From NCBI GenBank assembly GCA_964416335.1, contig CAYQDN010000014.1, forward strand, positions 15,107-79,106: a stretch of DNA of 64,000 nucleotides, read 5' to 3'. Positions 36,473 to 48,075 of the stretch are shown here, piece by piece; the stretch's first letter is position 1; each line of letters begins with the position of its first letter. Origin of the DNA: an uncultured Azospirillum sp. (lineage in GTDB: Bacteria > Pseudomonadota > Alphaproteobacteria > CACIAM-22H2). The position numbers and the translations under genes are program-made. The notes beneath the pieces were generated by a model. It did no database searches. It was given only the letters and a program-made list of their open reading frames with translations, and was not told the DNA's origin.

Positions 36473-37662
36473 GCGAGCTGCGCGCCGGCGATCCGCCGGA
36501 GGACGATCATGCCGGCAAACGAAACCAACGTCGCGACGGCGCAGACCGCCAGACCGGCCGCCGGGCCCGCCGTCTCGACCGCCGCGGCGATCGCGAAGGG
36601 TGCTGTCGCGAAGACGAGATTCATCGGCAAACCCATCTTGCCCAATACGGTCGCATAGCCGGCACGACCGAACAGCACGAGTGGGGCGATGGCGCGCACG
36701 ATCGTGTTGGCACCCGCCCCGAGGCCATAGCCGACAACCATCAGGATGAGCGTCACCGCGGAGCCGCCGAACAGCAGCGGAAGGAACAGGGCGACCGAGA
36801 TCGTGGCGAGGCTGACGAAGCCGACGTCCAGGATCGGGATGCGCTGCCCGAACGTCGTCTCCGCCGTCCGCGCGACCATCTGTGCTGGGCCCATGATCGC
36901 ACCGACAAGAACGGACACCGCCGCCGGCTGGCCATAGGCACGCGCGATCTCGACAAGATGGAGCGGGAGCCCCCACGTCACGAAGCCGATGCAGGAGAAC
37001 GCGACCGCCATCGTCCAAAAAGCCCGGCGCCGGAGCGTCACATCGGCGATCCCGCCGATTTCGGACCCGCCGGATAGGCCGCCGATTTCCCTTGCGATCG
37101 GCCGGACCATGATCGCGGCATGCAGCGGCACGCAGAACACGATTTCGACGGCCGAAAAGAGAAAGCATATCCCGCGCCAGCCCAGCGCAGGTTCGAGCCA
37201 CGCCATCGCAGGCAGGAACACCACCGACGTCAGGCTGCCGACAAGCGTCATGAGCCCGATGGCGCGCCGCGCCTCGCCGGGTACGAGCATCGCGGCGGCG
37301 GCGAACGGCGTCTGGATCAGCACCATGGGCATGCCGAGCCCCATCACCGACCAGGCAAGGACAAACCCGGCAATGCCATCGGCAAGGCCGAGCAGGAGGA
37401 GCCCGACTGCCATGAGTGCGGATCCGACGACCATCACCCGGCGCGGACCGTCGCGATCGACCTGCCGACCGACCTGCGGGCCCACGAACGCGCCGACAAC
37501 CAGCATGATCGTCACGCCGGAGAAAACGACGGTCGGCCGCAGCTCGAGATCGGCGGAAATCCGCTCGACCAGCATCGCCGGAACGAAATAGGTCGATCCC
37601 CAACCGACAATCTGCGTGGCGGCAAGTGCGATTACGCCACGCCGCCGCTGCAACGCGATCAT
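36466..37662 (-). CDS. MFS transporter
   Basis: A 12-TM major facilitator profile. Confidence 0.8.
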   Translation of the reverse strand: MIALQRRRGVIALAATQIVGWGSTYFVPAMLVERISADLELRPTVVFSGVTIMLVVGAFVGPQVGRQVDRDGPRRVMVVGSALMAVGLLLLGLADGIAGFVLAWSVMGLGMPMVLIQTPFAAAAMLVPGEARRAIGLMTLVGSLTSVVFLPAMAWLEPALGWRGICFLFSAVEIVFCVPLHAAIMVRPIAREIGGLSGGSEIGGIADVTLRRRAFWTMAVAFSCIGFVTWGLPLHLVEIARAYGQPAAVSVLVGAIMGPAQMVARTAETTFGQRIPILDVGFVSLATISVALFLPLLFGGSAVTLILMVVGYGLGAGANTIVRAIAPLVLFGRAGYATVLGKMGLPMNLVFATAPFAIAAAVETAGPAAGLAVCAVATLVSFAGMIVLRRIAGAQLAQ

Positions 37663-37675
37663 GGCGCCGGCCCGG

Positions 37676-39064
37676 TCACGAAACGGGCATCCGCCAAGGG
37701 CGTATGGCTTCGATCGCGCGTGCCGCGCGGAGGACGAGGCGGTCCTCGTAGTGACGTCCGACGAGCTGGATCGCCATCGGCAGGCCGTTCGAGTGCAGGC
37801 CGGCCGGAACGCTTGCTGCCGGCTGGCGCGTCATGTTGAACGGATAGGTAAACGGCGTCCAATCGATCCAATAGCTCTGGTCGGGCGACGCGACATCCGT
37901 CCCGGCGGCGAAGGCCGTGATCGGCAGCTGCGGCGTCAGCAGCAGGTCGAATTTGCGGTGGAACCGCGCCATCGCTTCGGTCGCGCGCACGCGCGCACCG
38001 TCGGCAGCGAGATATTCCTGTGCCGACAGACGCATCCCCGCTTCGGTCGTCGCGACAAGACCCGGATCGCAGTCGCTCCAGCGCTCGCGTGCGTACGCCT
38101 GGAGCGGGCGCGCAAGCCCGGCCGTCCAAAGACGATAGAAGACATCGCGCACATCGCCCATGTCCGGTTCGGCCGCCTCGACATGGGCGCCGGCTTCCGC
38201 CAGAAGCCGGGCGACTGCGTCCGTCGCGGCAGCGATCTCCGGATCGACGTTGGCGCCGCCCAAACGCGGGCTGAATCCGATCCGCAAACCCTTGACGCCT
38301 TTTTCGAGATCGAGGAGCCAGGATCCCGGGTCCGGCGGCAGCGAGAAGACGTCGCGATCGTCCGGTTGCGCGATGACCTCCATCATCCGCGCCGCATCGT
38401 CGACGCCCCGGGCCATCGGGCCGATATGCGCAAGCAACCCCGCCGGCGAAGCCGGATAGGCTGCGACACGCCCGAAGGTCGGCTTGAGCCCGAATACTCC
38501 GCAGAATCCCGCCGGCATCCGGATCGAGCCGCCGCCGTCGGTCCCGACATGGAGGGCGCCCATGCCCAATGCTGCGGCAACCGCCGCACCGGCCGACGAG
38601 CCGCCCGCCGTCCGGCTCGGATCCCACGGATTGCGCGTGATTCCGGTCAGCGGCGAGTCGCCGATCCCCTTCCAGCCGAATTCCGGCGTGGTCGTCTTGC
38701 CCAGAAGGACGGCATTGCTTGCGCGCAGCCGCGCCACGGTCGGCGCATCTTCCGACCAGTCCTGATCCTTCGCGACCAGCTTCGAACCGCGCAGCGTCGG
38801 CCAGCCCTTCGTCAAGAGCAGGTCCTTGACCGTCGTAGGAACGCCGTCGAGCGTGCCCTGCGGCGCCCCGCTTGCCCAACGTCCTTCCGATCGCCCGGCC
38901 GCCGCGAGTGCAGACTCCTCGTCCACGAGGCAGAAGCCGTTATAGGTCGGGTCGAGCCGCGAGATCCGCGCGAAGCAAGCCTGTGCCACTTCGACAGGCG
39001 AAAAGCGTCGGCGTGCATAGCCGGCGAGCAGTTCCGTAACGGAAAGAAGTGCGAGATCGGACAT
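37676..39064 (-). CDS. Amidase-signature family amidase (462 aa)
   Basis: The AS motif GGSSAGAAVAAA and the GatA-like fold. Confidence 0.85.
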   Translation of the reverse strand: MSDLALLSVTELLAGYARRRFSPVEVAQACFARISRLDPTYNGFCLVDEESALAAAGRSEGRWASGAPQGTLDGVPTTVKDLLLTKGWPTLRGSKLVAKDQDWSEDAPTVARLRASNAVLLGKTTTPEFGWKGIGDSPLTGITRNPWDPSRTAGGSSAGAAVAAALGMGALHVGTDGGGSIRMPAGFCGVFGLKPTFGRVAAYPASPAGLLAHIGPMARGVDDAARMMEVIAQPDDRDVFSLPPDPGSWLLDLEKGVKGLRIGFSPRLGGANVDPEIAAATDAVARLLAEAGAHVEAAEPDMGDVRDVFYRLWTAGLARPLQAYARERWSDCDPGLVATTEAGMRLSAQEYLAADGARVRATEAMARFHRKFDLLLTPQLPITAFAAGTDVASPDQSYWIDWTPFTYPFNMTRQPAASVPAGLHSNGLPMAIQLVGRHYEDRLVLRAARAIEAIRPWRMPVS

Positions 39065-39128
39065 TTGTGACTCCGGTCGGGACGGCTATGCTCGCATGTC
39101 CGACGCCCGTTCCGAAAGAGCCCGCACC

Positions 39129-40628
39129 ATGCGTCTCGTCCTCGCCATGCTCAAGCACGAAACAAACACGTTTTCGCCCGTCGTGACCGACCTTGGCCGA
39201 TTCACGCAATGGGGGCTTCAGTTCGGCGAGGACGTCGTCGCGGCTTACGAAAATACCTCGATGCCGATCGCCGCCTACATGAAGCTTGCGCGCGAACGCG
39301 GCGCCGAGATCGTGACGCCGGTCGCGGCGGAGGCGATGCCCGGCGGCCCGGTGACGAAGGCCGCCTACGAGCGACTCGTCGAACCGATCCTGGTAGCCGT
39401 CGCCGACGGCTGCGACGGCGCCCTGCTCGACCTGCATGGTGCAATGGTGTGCGAGCACACCGAGGATGGCGAAGGCACGCTACTTGCCCGCATCCGGGCG
39501 ATCCGGCCGGATCTGCCGATCGCGGTTACTTACGATCTGCATGCAAACCTCTCCGCCGAGATGGCCGGCAACTGCACCGCAATGATCGGCTACAAGACCT
39601 ATCCGCACATCGACATGTACGAGGTCGCCGAGCGCGTGGGCCGCATCGTCCTCGATGCGATGGACGGCAAATGCCGGCCGGTCATCGCATGGGGCCGACT
39701 GCCGCTGCTGTCGCAGACCCTGCGCCAGGGTACGGCGGATTCACCGATGCGCGAACTGCAGGACATGGCGAGAAGCCTGGAAATGCGGCCCGGCATCCTC
39801 TGCGCGACCGTTTTCGGTGGATTTCCGATGGCGGACATCCCGATCGCCGGAAATTCTGCGATCGTCGTTGCCGACGGCAACCGTGGCACGGCTGTCGCCG
39901 CGACCCAGTCGCTGCTCGATGCGGCATGGGCCGCACGTACGCAGTTCACGCATGTCCATGCACCGCTACGGGCAACGGTCGCCCGGGCGAAAGAGATCAA
40001 TGCCGCACCGATCGTCCTGCTCGATCATGCCGACAATGTCGGTTCGGGCGGCACATCCGATGTCATGACGGTGATCGCGGAGGTCCTGCGACAGGAACTC
40101 GACGATGTCGCGGTCGCGACCGTCTGGGATCCCGCAGCCGTGGCCACGATGCAGAAAGCCGGGCTTGGAGCGCGCGTGACGCTCGAATTGGGCGGCAAAT
40201 GCGACATGCCCTCGATCGGCCTTCTTGGCCGTCCGCTTCGGGTCGAAGGGACGGTCCGGAACCTTACGGACGGGCGCTGGCGCGTCGAGGGGCCGATGTA
40301 TACCGGTGTTCTCGTCGATACCGGGCCGACCGCCGTGCTCGACACCGGACGGATGCGGATCGTCGTCGTATCGCGCCATCACGAGCCTTGGGATACGGGA
40401 ATTTTCACGGCAAATGGCATCGACCCGACCCGGCAGAGGTTCCTTCTGCTCAAGTCGCGCATCCACTACAGGGCTGGCTTTGCGCCACTGGCGCGCGCCA
40501 CCTTCACGCTCGACGGCGAGGGGGTCACGACGTCCGACAACTCCAGACTGACCTACGGGCGTGTGCAGCGACCGATCTACCCGCTCGATCCCGGTCCGTT
40601 CCCGCCGGCGGTCGCGCAAGAGGTTTGA
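39129..40628 (+). CDS. M81-family metallopeptidase (microcystinase C MlrC-like)
   Basis: The N-terminus MRLVLAMLKHETNTFSP (the HETNTF motif of DUF1485/MlrC) and a C-terminal MlrC domain. The ORF track start at 39096 is an alternative. Confidence 0.75.
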   Translation: MRLVLAMLKHETNTFSPVVTDLGRFTQWGLQFGEDVVAAYENTSMPIAAYMKLARERGAEIVTPVAAEAMPGGPVTKAAYERLVEPILVAVADGCDGALLDLHGAMVCEHTEDGEGTLLARIRAIRPDLPIAVTYDLHANLSAEMAGNCTAMIGYKTYPHIDMYEVAERVGRIVLDAMDGKCRPVIAWGRLPLLSQTLRQGTADSPMRELQDMARSLEMRPGILCATVFGGFPMADIPIAGNSAIVVADGNRGTAVAATQSLLDAAWAARTQFTHVHAPLRATVARAKEINAAPIVLLDHADNVGSGGTSDVMTVIAEVLRQELDDVAVATVWDPAAVATMQKAGLGARVTLELGGKCDMPSIGLLGRPLRVEGTVRNLTDGRWRVEGPMYTGVLVDTGPTAVLDTGRMRIVVVSRHHEPWDTGIFTANGIDPTRQRFLLLKSRIHYRAGFAPLARATFTLDGEGVTTSDNSRLTYGRVQRPIYPLDPGPFPPAVAQEV

Positions 40629-40710
40629 CGCGCCTCCGGTCTGTGGCATGCTTTTGGCTCTCGAATTGCAGGAATTTTGGCGAACGAGACGACAGTGGAG
40701 GATTGACGAG

Positions 40711-42297
40711 ATGAAACATGCATTCAGAAGGCTGACCGCCGCGACCGCGCTTGCGGTCGTTGCCGCAAGCATCGGCGTTACGGGCGAGGCATCCGCCCAG
40801 CAGAAAGTCCTGCGATTCATTCCGCACGCAAATCTCTCGTCGATCGATCCGATCACGACGACGGGATACATCGTGCGAAACCACGGCTACCTCGTCTACG
40901 ACACCCTCTTCGCGACCGACGCGAATTTCAAGATCCAGCCTCAGATGGTCGACAAGTGGTCGTCGAGCCCGGACGGCCTGCGATGGGAATTCACGCTTCG
41001 GGACGGCCTCAAATTCCATGACGGTGCTCCGGTACGGCCGGCGGACGTCATCGCCTCGCTGAAGCGCTGGGCGGTCCGCGACACGTTCGGCCAGGCGATG
41101 GCCGCGACGGTCGACAGCTACGAAGCACTCGGCACGAATGGTTTCGCGATCAAGCTCAAGAAGCCCTTCCCGCTGATGATCGAGGCTCTCGGCAAGCTTT
41201 CGTCGAACGTGCCCTTCATCATGCCCGAGCGCGTGGCCAATACCGACCCGGCGCAGAACATCACCGACGCGACCGGTTCGGGCCCGTTCCGGTTCGTGCG
41301 CGACCAGTGGGTTCCGGGCCAGATCGCCGTGTACGAGCGCAATCCGGACTATCGCCCGCGCAGCGAACCGCCGTCCTGGGCCGCCGGCGGAAAGGTCGTG
41401 AAATTCGACCGGCTCGAGTGGCGCATCATCCCGGATGCGGCCGTCGCTTCCGCAGCACTTGCCGCCGGCGAAGTGGACTGGTGGGAGCAGCCGCTGGGCG
41501 ATCTTCTGCCCGTCCTCGAAAAGAACAAGGACATCAAGATCGAAATGATCGATCCGCTCGGTTCGATCGCGATGATGCGCTTCAACCATCTGAATCCGCC
41601 GTTCGACAATCCCAAGGTCCGGCAGGCCGTGATGATGGCGGTCAATCAGACCGACTACCTCAAGCAGATCATCGATACCTCGAAATACCAGACCGTCTGC
41701 AAGTCGTTCTTCACGTGCGGCACGCCGATGGCAAGTGACGTCGGGGTGCAAAATGCCGCCGGCGATTTCAAGAAGGCGCAGGATATGCTGCGCGCCTCCG
41801 GCTACAAGGGCGAGAAGGTCGTCATCATTTCGCCCACCGACATCGCGACCAATCACGTGCAGAGCCTGGTCACCGAGGACCTGCTCAAGCGGCTTGGCAT
41901 GAATGTCGAGCTGGTCGCGACGGACTGGGGCTCGGTACTCGCGCGCCGCAACAGCCGCAACACGACCGATCAGGGCGGCTGGTCGATCTTCCACACCTGG
42001 TGGGTCGGGCCCGACGTCGTGAGTCCGGCCCTTCATGCCCCCCTGCGCGGAAACGGAACATCGGCGTGGGCCGGTTGGCCGACCGATCCGCAGATGGAAG
42101 CGCTTCGCGAAAAATGGCTGGTCGCGCCGACGACCGCCGAACAGGTCGGCATCGCCAAGGAAATGCAGGCACGCGCCTACGAAATGGTCCCGTACGTGAC
42201 CACGGGCCAGTTCCAGCAGCCGACGGCGTTCCGCGCGAGCGTCAGCGGCATCGTCGTGTCGCCGGTACCGTTCTTCTGGAACGTCGAAAAGCGCTGA
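40711..42297 (+). CDS. ABC transporter substrate-binding protein, family 5 (DppA/OppA-like peptide/nickel/opine type)
   Basis: A signal peptide and an SBP_bac_5 profile. A GGAGG RBS precedes ATG 40711. Confidence 0.85.
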   Translation: MKHAFRRLTAATALAVVAASIGVTGEASAQQKVLRFIPHANLSSIDPITTTGYIVRNHGYLVYDTLFATDANFKIQPQMVDKWSSSPDGLRWEFTLRDGLKFHDGAPVRPADVIASLKRWAVRDTFGQAMAATVDSYEALGTNGFAIKLKKPFPLMIEALGKLSSNVPFIMPERVANTDPAQNITDATGSGPFRFVRDQWVPGQIAVYERNPDYRPRSEPPSWAAGGKVVKFDRLEWRIIPDAAVASAALAAGEVDWWEQPLGDLLPVLEKNKDIKIEMIDPLGSIAMMRFNHLNPPFDNPKVRQAVMMAVNQTDYLKQIIDTSKYQTVCKSFFTCGTPMASDVGVQNAAGDFKKAQDMLRASGYKGEKVVIISPTDIATNHVQSLVTEDLLKRLGMNVELVATDWGSVLARRNSRNTTDQGGWSIFHTWWVGPDVVSPALHAPLRGNGTSAWAGWPTDPQMEALREKWLVAPTTAEQVGIAKEMQARAYEMVPYVTTGQFQQPTAFRASVSGIVVSPVPFFWNVEKR

Positions 42298-42331
42298 CGC
42301 GGCACGAAGGACGATCGGGAGCGCCCGCAGC

Positions 42332-43273
42332 TTGCTTGCTTTCGTCGTCCGGCGAATCCTGGCCACCATTCCCGTCATGGGCGTGGTGGCCATTTTCGTT
42401 TTCTCGCTTCTTTACTTCTCGCCCGGCGATCCGGCGGCGATCATCGCCGGGGACATCGCGACGGCCGACGACATTGCGCGGATCCGTCAGGCTCTCGGGC
42501 TCGACCAGCCGTTCCACATCCGCTTCGGAACCTGGCTTTGGGCGATCCTCCATGGCGATCTGGGAAGCTCGATCTTCTCAAACCTGCCGGTCTCGACCCT
42601 CATCGGCCAGCGGCTCGAAGCGACGATCTCGCTTTCGATAACCACGCTGGTCTTCGCGGTGATCGTCGCCGTACCGCTTGGCGTCGTCGCTGCCTGGAAG
42701 GCCGGCGGCTGGATCGACCGTGCGGTCATGGCGCTGGCGGTCTTCGGCTTCTCGGTTCCGGTCTTTGTGCTCGGCTATCTGCTGATCTTCGGCTTCGCAC
42801 TGCAGCTCGACTGGCTCCCCGTCCAGGGGTTCGTTTCGATCCGCGAAGGCTTCTGGCCGTTCCTCCGCCAGCTTATCCTGCCTTCGGTGGCACTCGGGAC
42901 GGTCTATATCGCGCTCATCGCCCGCATGACGCGCGCTTCGATGCTCGAGGTCCTGAGTCAGGATTACATCCGCACGGCCAGTGCCAAGGGGCTGCGCACC
43001 GACCGGATCCTGCTCGTCCATGCCCTGCGCAACGCCGCGGTGCCGATCATCACCGTGATCGGCATCGGTGTTGCCCTGCTGATCGGCGGCGTGGTTGTCA
43101 CGGAAAGCGTCTTTGCGATCCCTGGCCTCGGCCGGATGACGGTCGACGCGATCCTGCGGCGCGACTATCCGATCATTCAGGGCGTAATCCTGATGTTCTC
43201 GTTCGTCTACGTCATCATCAACCTGCTGGTCGATCTCAGCTATACGCTGTTCGATCCGCGCATCCGGTATTGA
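42332..43273 (+). CDS. ABC transporter permease (DppB-like)
   Basis: Permease motifs. Confidence 0.85.
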   Translation: MLAFVVRRILATIPVMGVVAIFVFSLLYFSPGDPAAIIAGDIATADDIARIRQALGLDQPFHIRFGTWLWAILHGDLGSSIFSNLPVSTLIGQRLEATISLSITTLVFAVIVAVPLGVVAAWKAGGWIDRAVMALAVFGFSVPVFVLGYLLIFGFALQLDWLPVQGFVSIREGFWPFLRQLILPSVALGTVYIALIARMTRASMLEVLSQDYIRTASAKGLRTDRILLVHALRNAAVPIITVIGIGVALLIGGVVVTESVFAIPGLGRMTVDAILRRDYPIIQGVILMFSFVYVIINLLVDLSYTLFDPRIRY

Positions 43274-43280
43274 GGCGACC

Positions 43281-44152
43281 GTGACACTAACCGTCGTCGC
43301 CCCGCCTTCGAGCGCGCAGCTGAAAGGCCATCGACGCGCCTGGTGGCGCCGGCACCTGTCGATCGTCATCGGCGTCAACCTGCTGCTGTTGGCACTGGCA
43401 GCGGCGGTTTTCGCACCGTGGCTCGGCACGCAGGATCCGATGGCGTTGTCGCCACTCCGCCGCCTCCGTCCACCGTCGGAACAGTTCTGGTTCGGCACCG
43501 ATCCGCTCGGACGCGACCTCTATAGCCGCGTCATGTACGGTGCTCGAGCGTCTCTCTTCGTCGGCTTCGCAGTCGCGGTGTCGGCGGTCCTGTCGGGACT
43601 GCTGTTCGGGCTGGTCGCGGGCTTCAATCGCTGGGTGGATGCCGTGCTGATGCGGGTGATGGACGGCCTCATGTCGATCCCGTCCGTGCTGCTTGCGATC
43701 GCGCTCATGGCGCTGACCAAGGCGAGCCTCGGGAACGTGATTCTCGCGATCGCGATCGCCGAGGTTCCGCGCGTCACGCGCCTGGTTCGCGGCGTCGTCC
43801 TGGGCCTGCGCGAACAGCCGTTCGTCGAGGCCGCGATCGCGACCGGAACATCGACAATCCGAATCCTGATCCGCCACATCCTGCCGAACACGATCGCACC
43901 GCTCGTCGTGCAGGCGACCTATATCTGTGCGTCGGCGATCATTACCGAGGCGATCCTGTCGTTCATCGGCGCCGGCCTTCCCCCGTCCATCCCGACCTGG
44001 GGAAACATCATTGCCGACGGCCGGGCCGTCTTCCAGATCCGCCCGCATCTGATCCTGATACCGGCGGCGTTCCTGTCGGTCACGGTGCTTGCGATCAACC
44101 TGCTCGGCGACGGGCTACGCGACGCGCTCGATCCGCGCCTTGCACGGCAGAT

Positions 44153-44156
<4 letters not shown>
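43281..44156 (+). CDS. ABC transporter permease (DppC-like)
   Basis: Permease motifs. Confidence 0.85.
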
Positions 44157-45162
<1,006 letters not shown>

Positions 45163-45166
<4 letters not shown>

Positions 45167-46143
45167 CCGTACCGTTGCTGCAAGTCATCAATCTCAAGAA
45201 GCACTACCCGATCCGCAAGGGGTTGTTCGGCCAGCAGGCCGCGACCGTGTACGCGGTCGATGGAATCACGTTTCATGTCGACGCCGGCGAAACGCTGGGA
45301 CTTGTCGGCGAGTCGGGCTGCGGCAAGTCGACGGCCGGCAAGGCGATCCTGAAGCTGGTCGAGCCGACATCCGGCATCGTGCGGCTGATGGGTACGCGCA
45401 TCGACAGTCTTGGACGGGCGGAGATGTGGCCCCACCGGCGCGACCTGCAGGTCGTCTTCCAGGACCCCTACTCCTCGCTCAGTCCCCGGCTGTCGGCCGG
45501 TGCAATCGTCGCCGAGCCGCTCACCAACTACGGCATCGCGAAAGGTGCCGAAGCGCGCGAGCAGGTCGCCTGGCTGTTCGAGAAGGTCGGGCTACGCCCC
45601 GAGCAGATGGACCGATACCCGCACGAATTCTCCGGCGGGCAGCGCCAGCGCCTTGGCATCGCCCGCGCGCTCGCGGTTCGTCCGAAATTGATCGTGGCCG
45701 ACGAACCGGTCTCTGCCCTCGACGTTTCCGTCCAGGCGCAGGTCATCAACCTGATGACCGATCTGCAAGCCGAGTTCGGGGTCTCGTTCCTTTTCGTCGC
45801 CCACGACCTTGCCGTGGTCGAGCATATCAGCCACCGCGTCGCGGTCATGTATCTTGGCAAGATCGTCGAGATCGCGGATCGCCGAACCATCTTTTCGGCT
45901 CCGCAGCATCCGTATACCGAAGCGCTCCTTTCGGCGGCACCGCAGCCGAACCCGCGCGTGAAAAAGAAACGCGTCATCCTCAGCGGCGATGTCCCGTCGC
46001 CGATCAACCCGCCCGCCGGCTGCCGATTCCATACGCGCTGCCCCTATGCCGAGGCACGCTGCCGCGTCGAGGAACCGGCGATCAAGGAACTCGCACCCGG
46101 CCACCAAGTTGCCTGCCACTTGCGCCAACCGAGCCAGAAATGA
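45163..46143 (+). CDS. ABC transporter ATP-binding protein (DppF-like)
   Basis: The N-terminus [16 protein letters not shown] with Walker A and signature motifs. ATG 45163 overlaps the dppD TGA. Confidence 0.85.
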
Positions 46144-46144
46144 C

Positions 46145-46290
46145 TGATATTTGTGCGTTGCAATATTAGTATTATGCTTAATATACTGACTTAATATAAT
46201 ATTATATTGCACTGCAATAATTCTTGTGCGACGATGCATTCAGTCGATTCCGGGAGGTGACGTCCGATTTCTCGAACGCTGGGAGGTTGG
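46145..46290. promoter_or_regulatory. AT-rich promoter/operator region with a tandem direct repeat CTTAATATA-ctga-CTTAATATA and an inverted repeat TTGCAATAT...ATATTGCA
   Basis: Seen directly in the sequence. It lies upstream of the thioesterase gene and downstream of the dpp operon end. Confidence 0.4.
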
Positions 46291-46719
46291 ATGACCTACA
46301 TCGCGCAGGAACGACCCGATGCCTCCGGTACGCTTGGCCTTGCCGGCCCGAGGGGCGAGCTCGCGTCGCGCACGCTTGCGATGCCGGCCGACACCAACCC
46401 GCGCGGCGATGTCTTCGGCGGATGGATCATGTCGCTGATGGATGTCGCCGGAAAGATGAGCGCGACCAGATACGCGCACGGGCGCGTGGCGACGGTCGCC
46501 GTCTCGAACATCGTCTTTCACCGTCCGGTCAAGGTCGGGGATACGGTCTGCTGCTATACGGATCTCCGCAAACTCGGGCGGACCTCGATCACGTTCGATG
46601 TCGAAGTCTGGGTCCTGCGCCAGGGTCATGGCGACCGGGTTCGTGTAACCGATGCGAGCTTCACCTTCGTCGCCCTCGATGAAAAAGGGCGACCGCAGCC
46701 GCTGGCCGCCGACGCCTGA
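46291..46719 (+). CDS. Acyl-CoA thioesterase (hotdog fold, YciA-like)
   Basis: A 142-aa hotdog thioesterase sequence. Confidence 0.8.
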   Translation: MTYIAQERPDASGTLGLAGPRGELASRTLAMPADTNPRGDVFGGWIMSLMDVAGKMSATRYAHGRVATVAVSNIVFHRPVKVGDTVCCYTDLRKLGRTSITFDVEVWVLRQGHGDRVRVTDASFTFVALDEKGRPQPLAADA

Positions 46720-46722
46720 ACG

Positions 46723-48024
46723 CTATTCGGCGAGGCGCGCCTCGATCCACGCCGCATACGCGATCAGCGCGTTGTCCTCGTTGTGGGCACCGACCAGCTG
46801 GATCGCAAGCGGCAGGCCGATATCCGTTTTCCCGGCGGGCAGTGCAATGCACGGATTGCCGAGCAGCGTCCACATCCGGTTGAACACCGGATCGCCTGTG
46901 CGCTCGAGCCCCTTGGGGGCTGCACCCGGTGCCGCCGGGGCAAGAATGATATCGCTGTCGCGCCAGACCTGCGCAAGACGGTTCCGGCACTTGGTCGCAA
47001 GCGCCTTGGCCGCGGTTTCCTCGCGAATGCCGACCCTGTCGCCGTCCTCGAGAAGCTGGATCAGACGCTCGGAGAGCAGCTTCGGATGCTCGGCTCGCTC
47101 GCGCGCCAGGGCGCGGACGGCCTCACGCATCATGATCGCAAGCTGGGCATCGTTGATCCCGTCCCAGGTCTCGTCCGGATCGAAAGCGGCGATCGTGGCT
47201 CCTGCTCCGATCAGCTTTCCCACGACTCGTTCGAACATCGCTCGCGTGTCGGAATCGGCTTCGGTCCAATACGGTGTGCGACAGATTGCGATGCGCGGCG
47301 GCTTGCGGCCCACGTCCCCGATTCCCGGAACCGGCGCACCGGTGAATGCCCGCCGGACAAGATCGAGGTCCGCGACCGCGCGGCAGAACACGCCAAGCGT
47401 ATCGAGTGCGGGCGACAACGGCTTGACGCCGCCCATGTCCATCCAGCCATAGGTACCCTTGTAGCCGACGACGCCGCAGAAAGCGGCCGGCCGGATCACG
47501 GAGCCGGCCGTCTGCGTCCCCAGCGCGATCGGGACCTGGAAATCCGCGACGGCCGCCGCGGAACCGGACGACGACCCGCCCGGCGTAAAGCCGCGCAGAT
47601 GCGGATTGTGGGTCGGTCCAGGTGTGAAATAGGCGAACTCGGTCGTGACCGTCTTGCCCAGCACGATGGCGCCGGCGGCCACAAGCTTCTTGACGCAGGC
47701 CGCATCCGACTTGGGCCGGTTGTCGCGATAGATCGCGGAGCCATAGGTTGTCGGGATACCGGCGGTATCGATCAGATCCTTGATGCCCACCGGAATGCCG
47801 TGGAGCGGCTGGCTGCGGGCGAGCCGGTCGAGCGACGATGCCCGCAACAGGCTCTCCCTGCGCTCGACATTGACCCAGGCGCGGACGTCCTTGTCGCGCG
47901 CATCGATGCGCGAAAGACACGCCCGAACGAGAGTTTCGGAATCGAGCTTCCCGGAGCCGATCGCCGCGCGCATCGCGCTGGCCGTCAGGCGCTCCGGGTC
48001 TGGAGTCAGGTGCGGCTTTGTCAT
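46723..48024 (-). CDS. Amidase-signature family amidase (433 aa)
   Basis: The AS motif GGSSSGSAAAVA. Confidence 0.85.
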   Translation of the reverse strand: MTKPHLTPDPERLTASAMRAAIGSGKLDSETLVRACLSRIDARDKDVRAWVNVERRESLLRASSLDRLARSQPLHGIPVGIKDLIDTAGIPTTYGSAIYRDNRPKSDAACVKKLVAAGAIVLGKTVTTEFAYFTPGPTHNPHLRGFTPGGSSSGSAAAVADFQVPIALGTQTAGSVIRPAAFCGVVGYKGTYGWMDMGGVKPLSPALDTLGVFCRAVADLDLVRRAFTGAPVPGIGDVGRKPPRIAICRTPYWTEADSDTRAMFERVVGKLIGAGATIAAFDPDETWDGINDAQLAIMMREAVRALARERAEHPKLLSERLIQLLEDGDRVGIREETAAKALATKCRNRLAQVWRDSDIILAPAAPGAAPKGLERTGDPVFNRMWTLLGNPCIALPAGKTDIGLPLAIQLVGAHNEDNALIAYAAWIEARLAE

Positions 48025-48075
48025 GCAGCCGCATCTTACCGGGATGAAGCGGCAGTACCACCCAATTCCGGAGTT

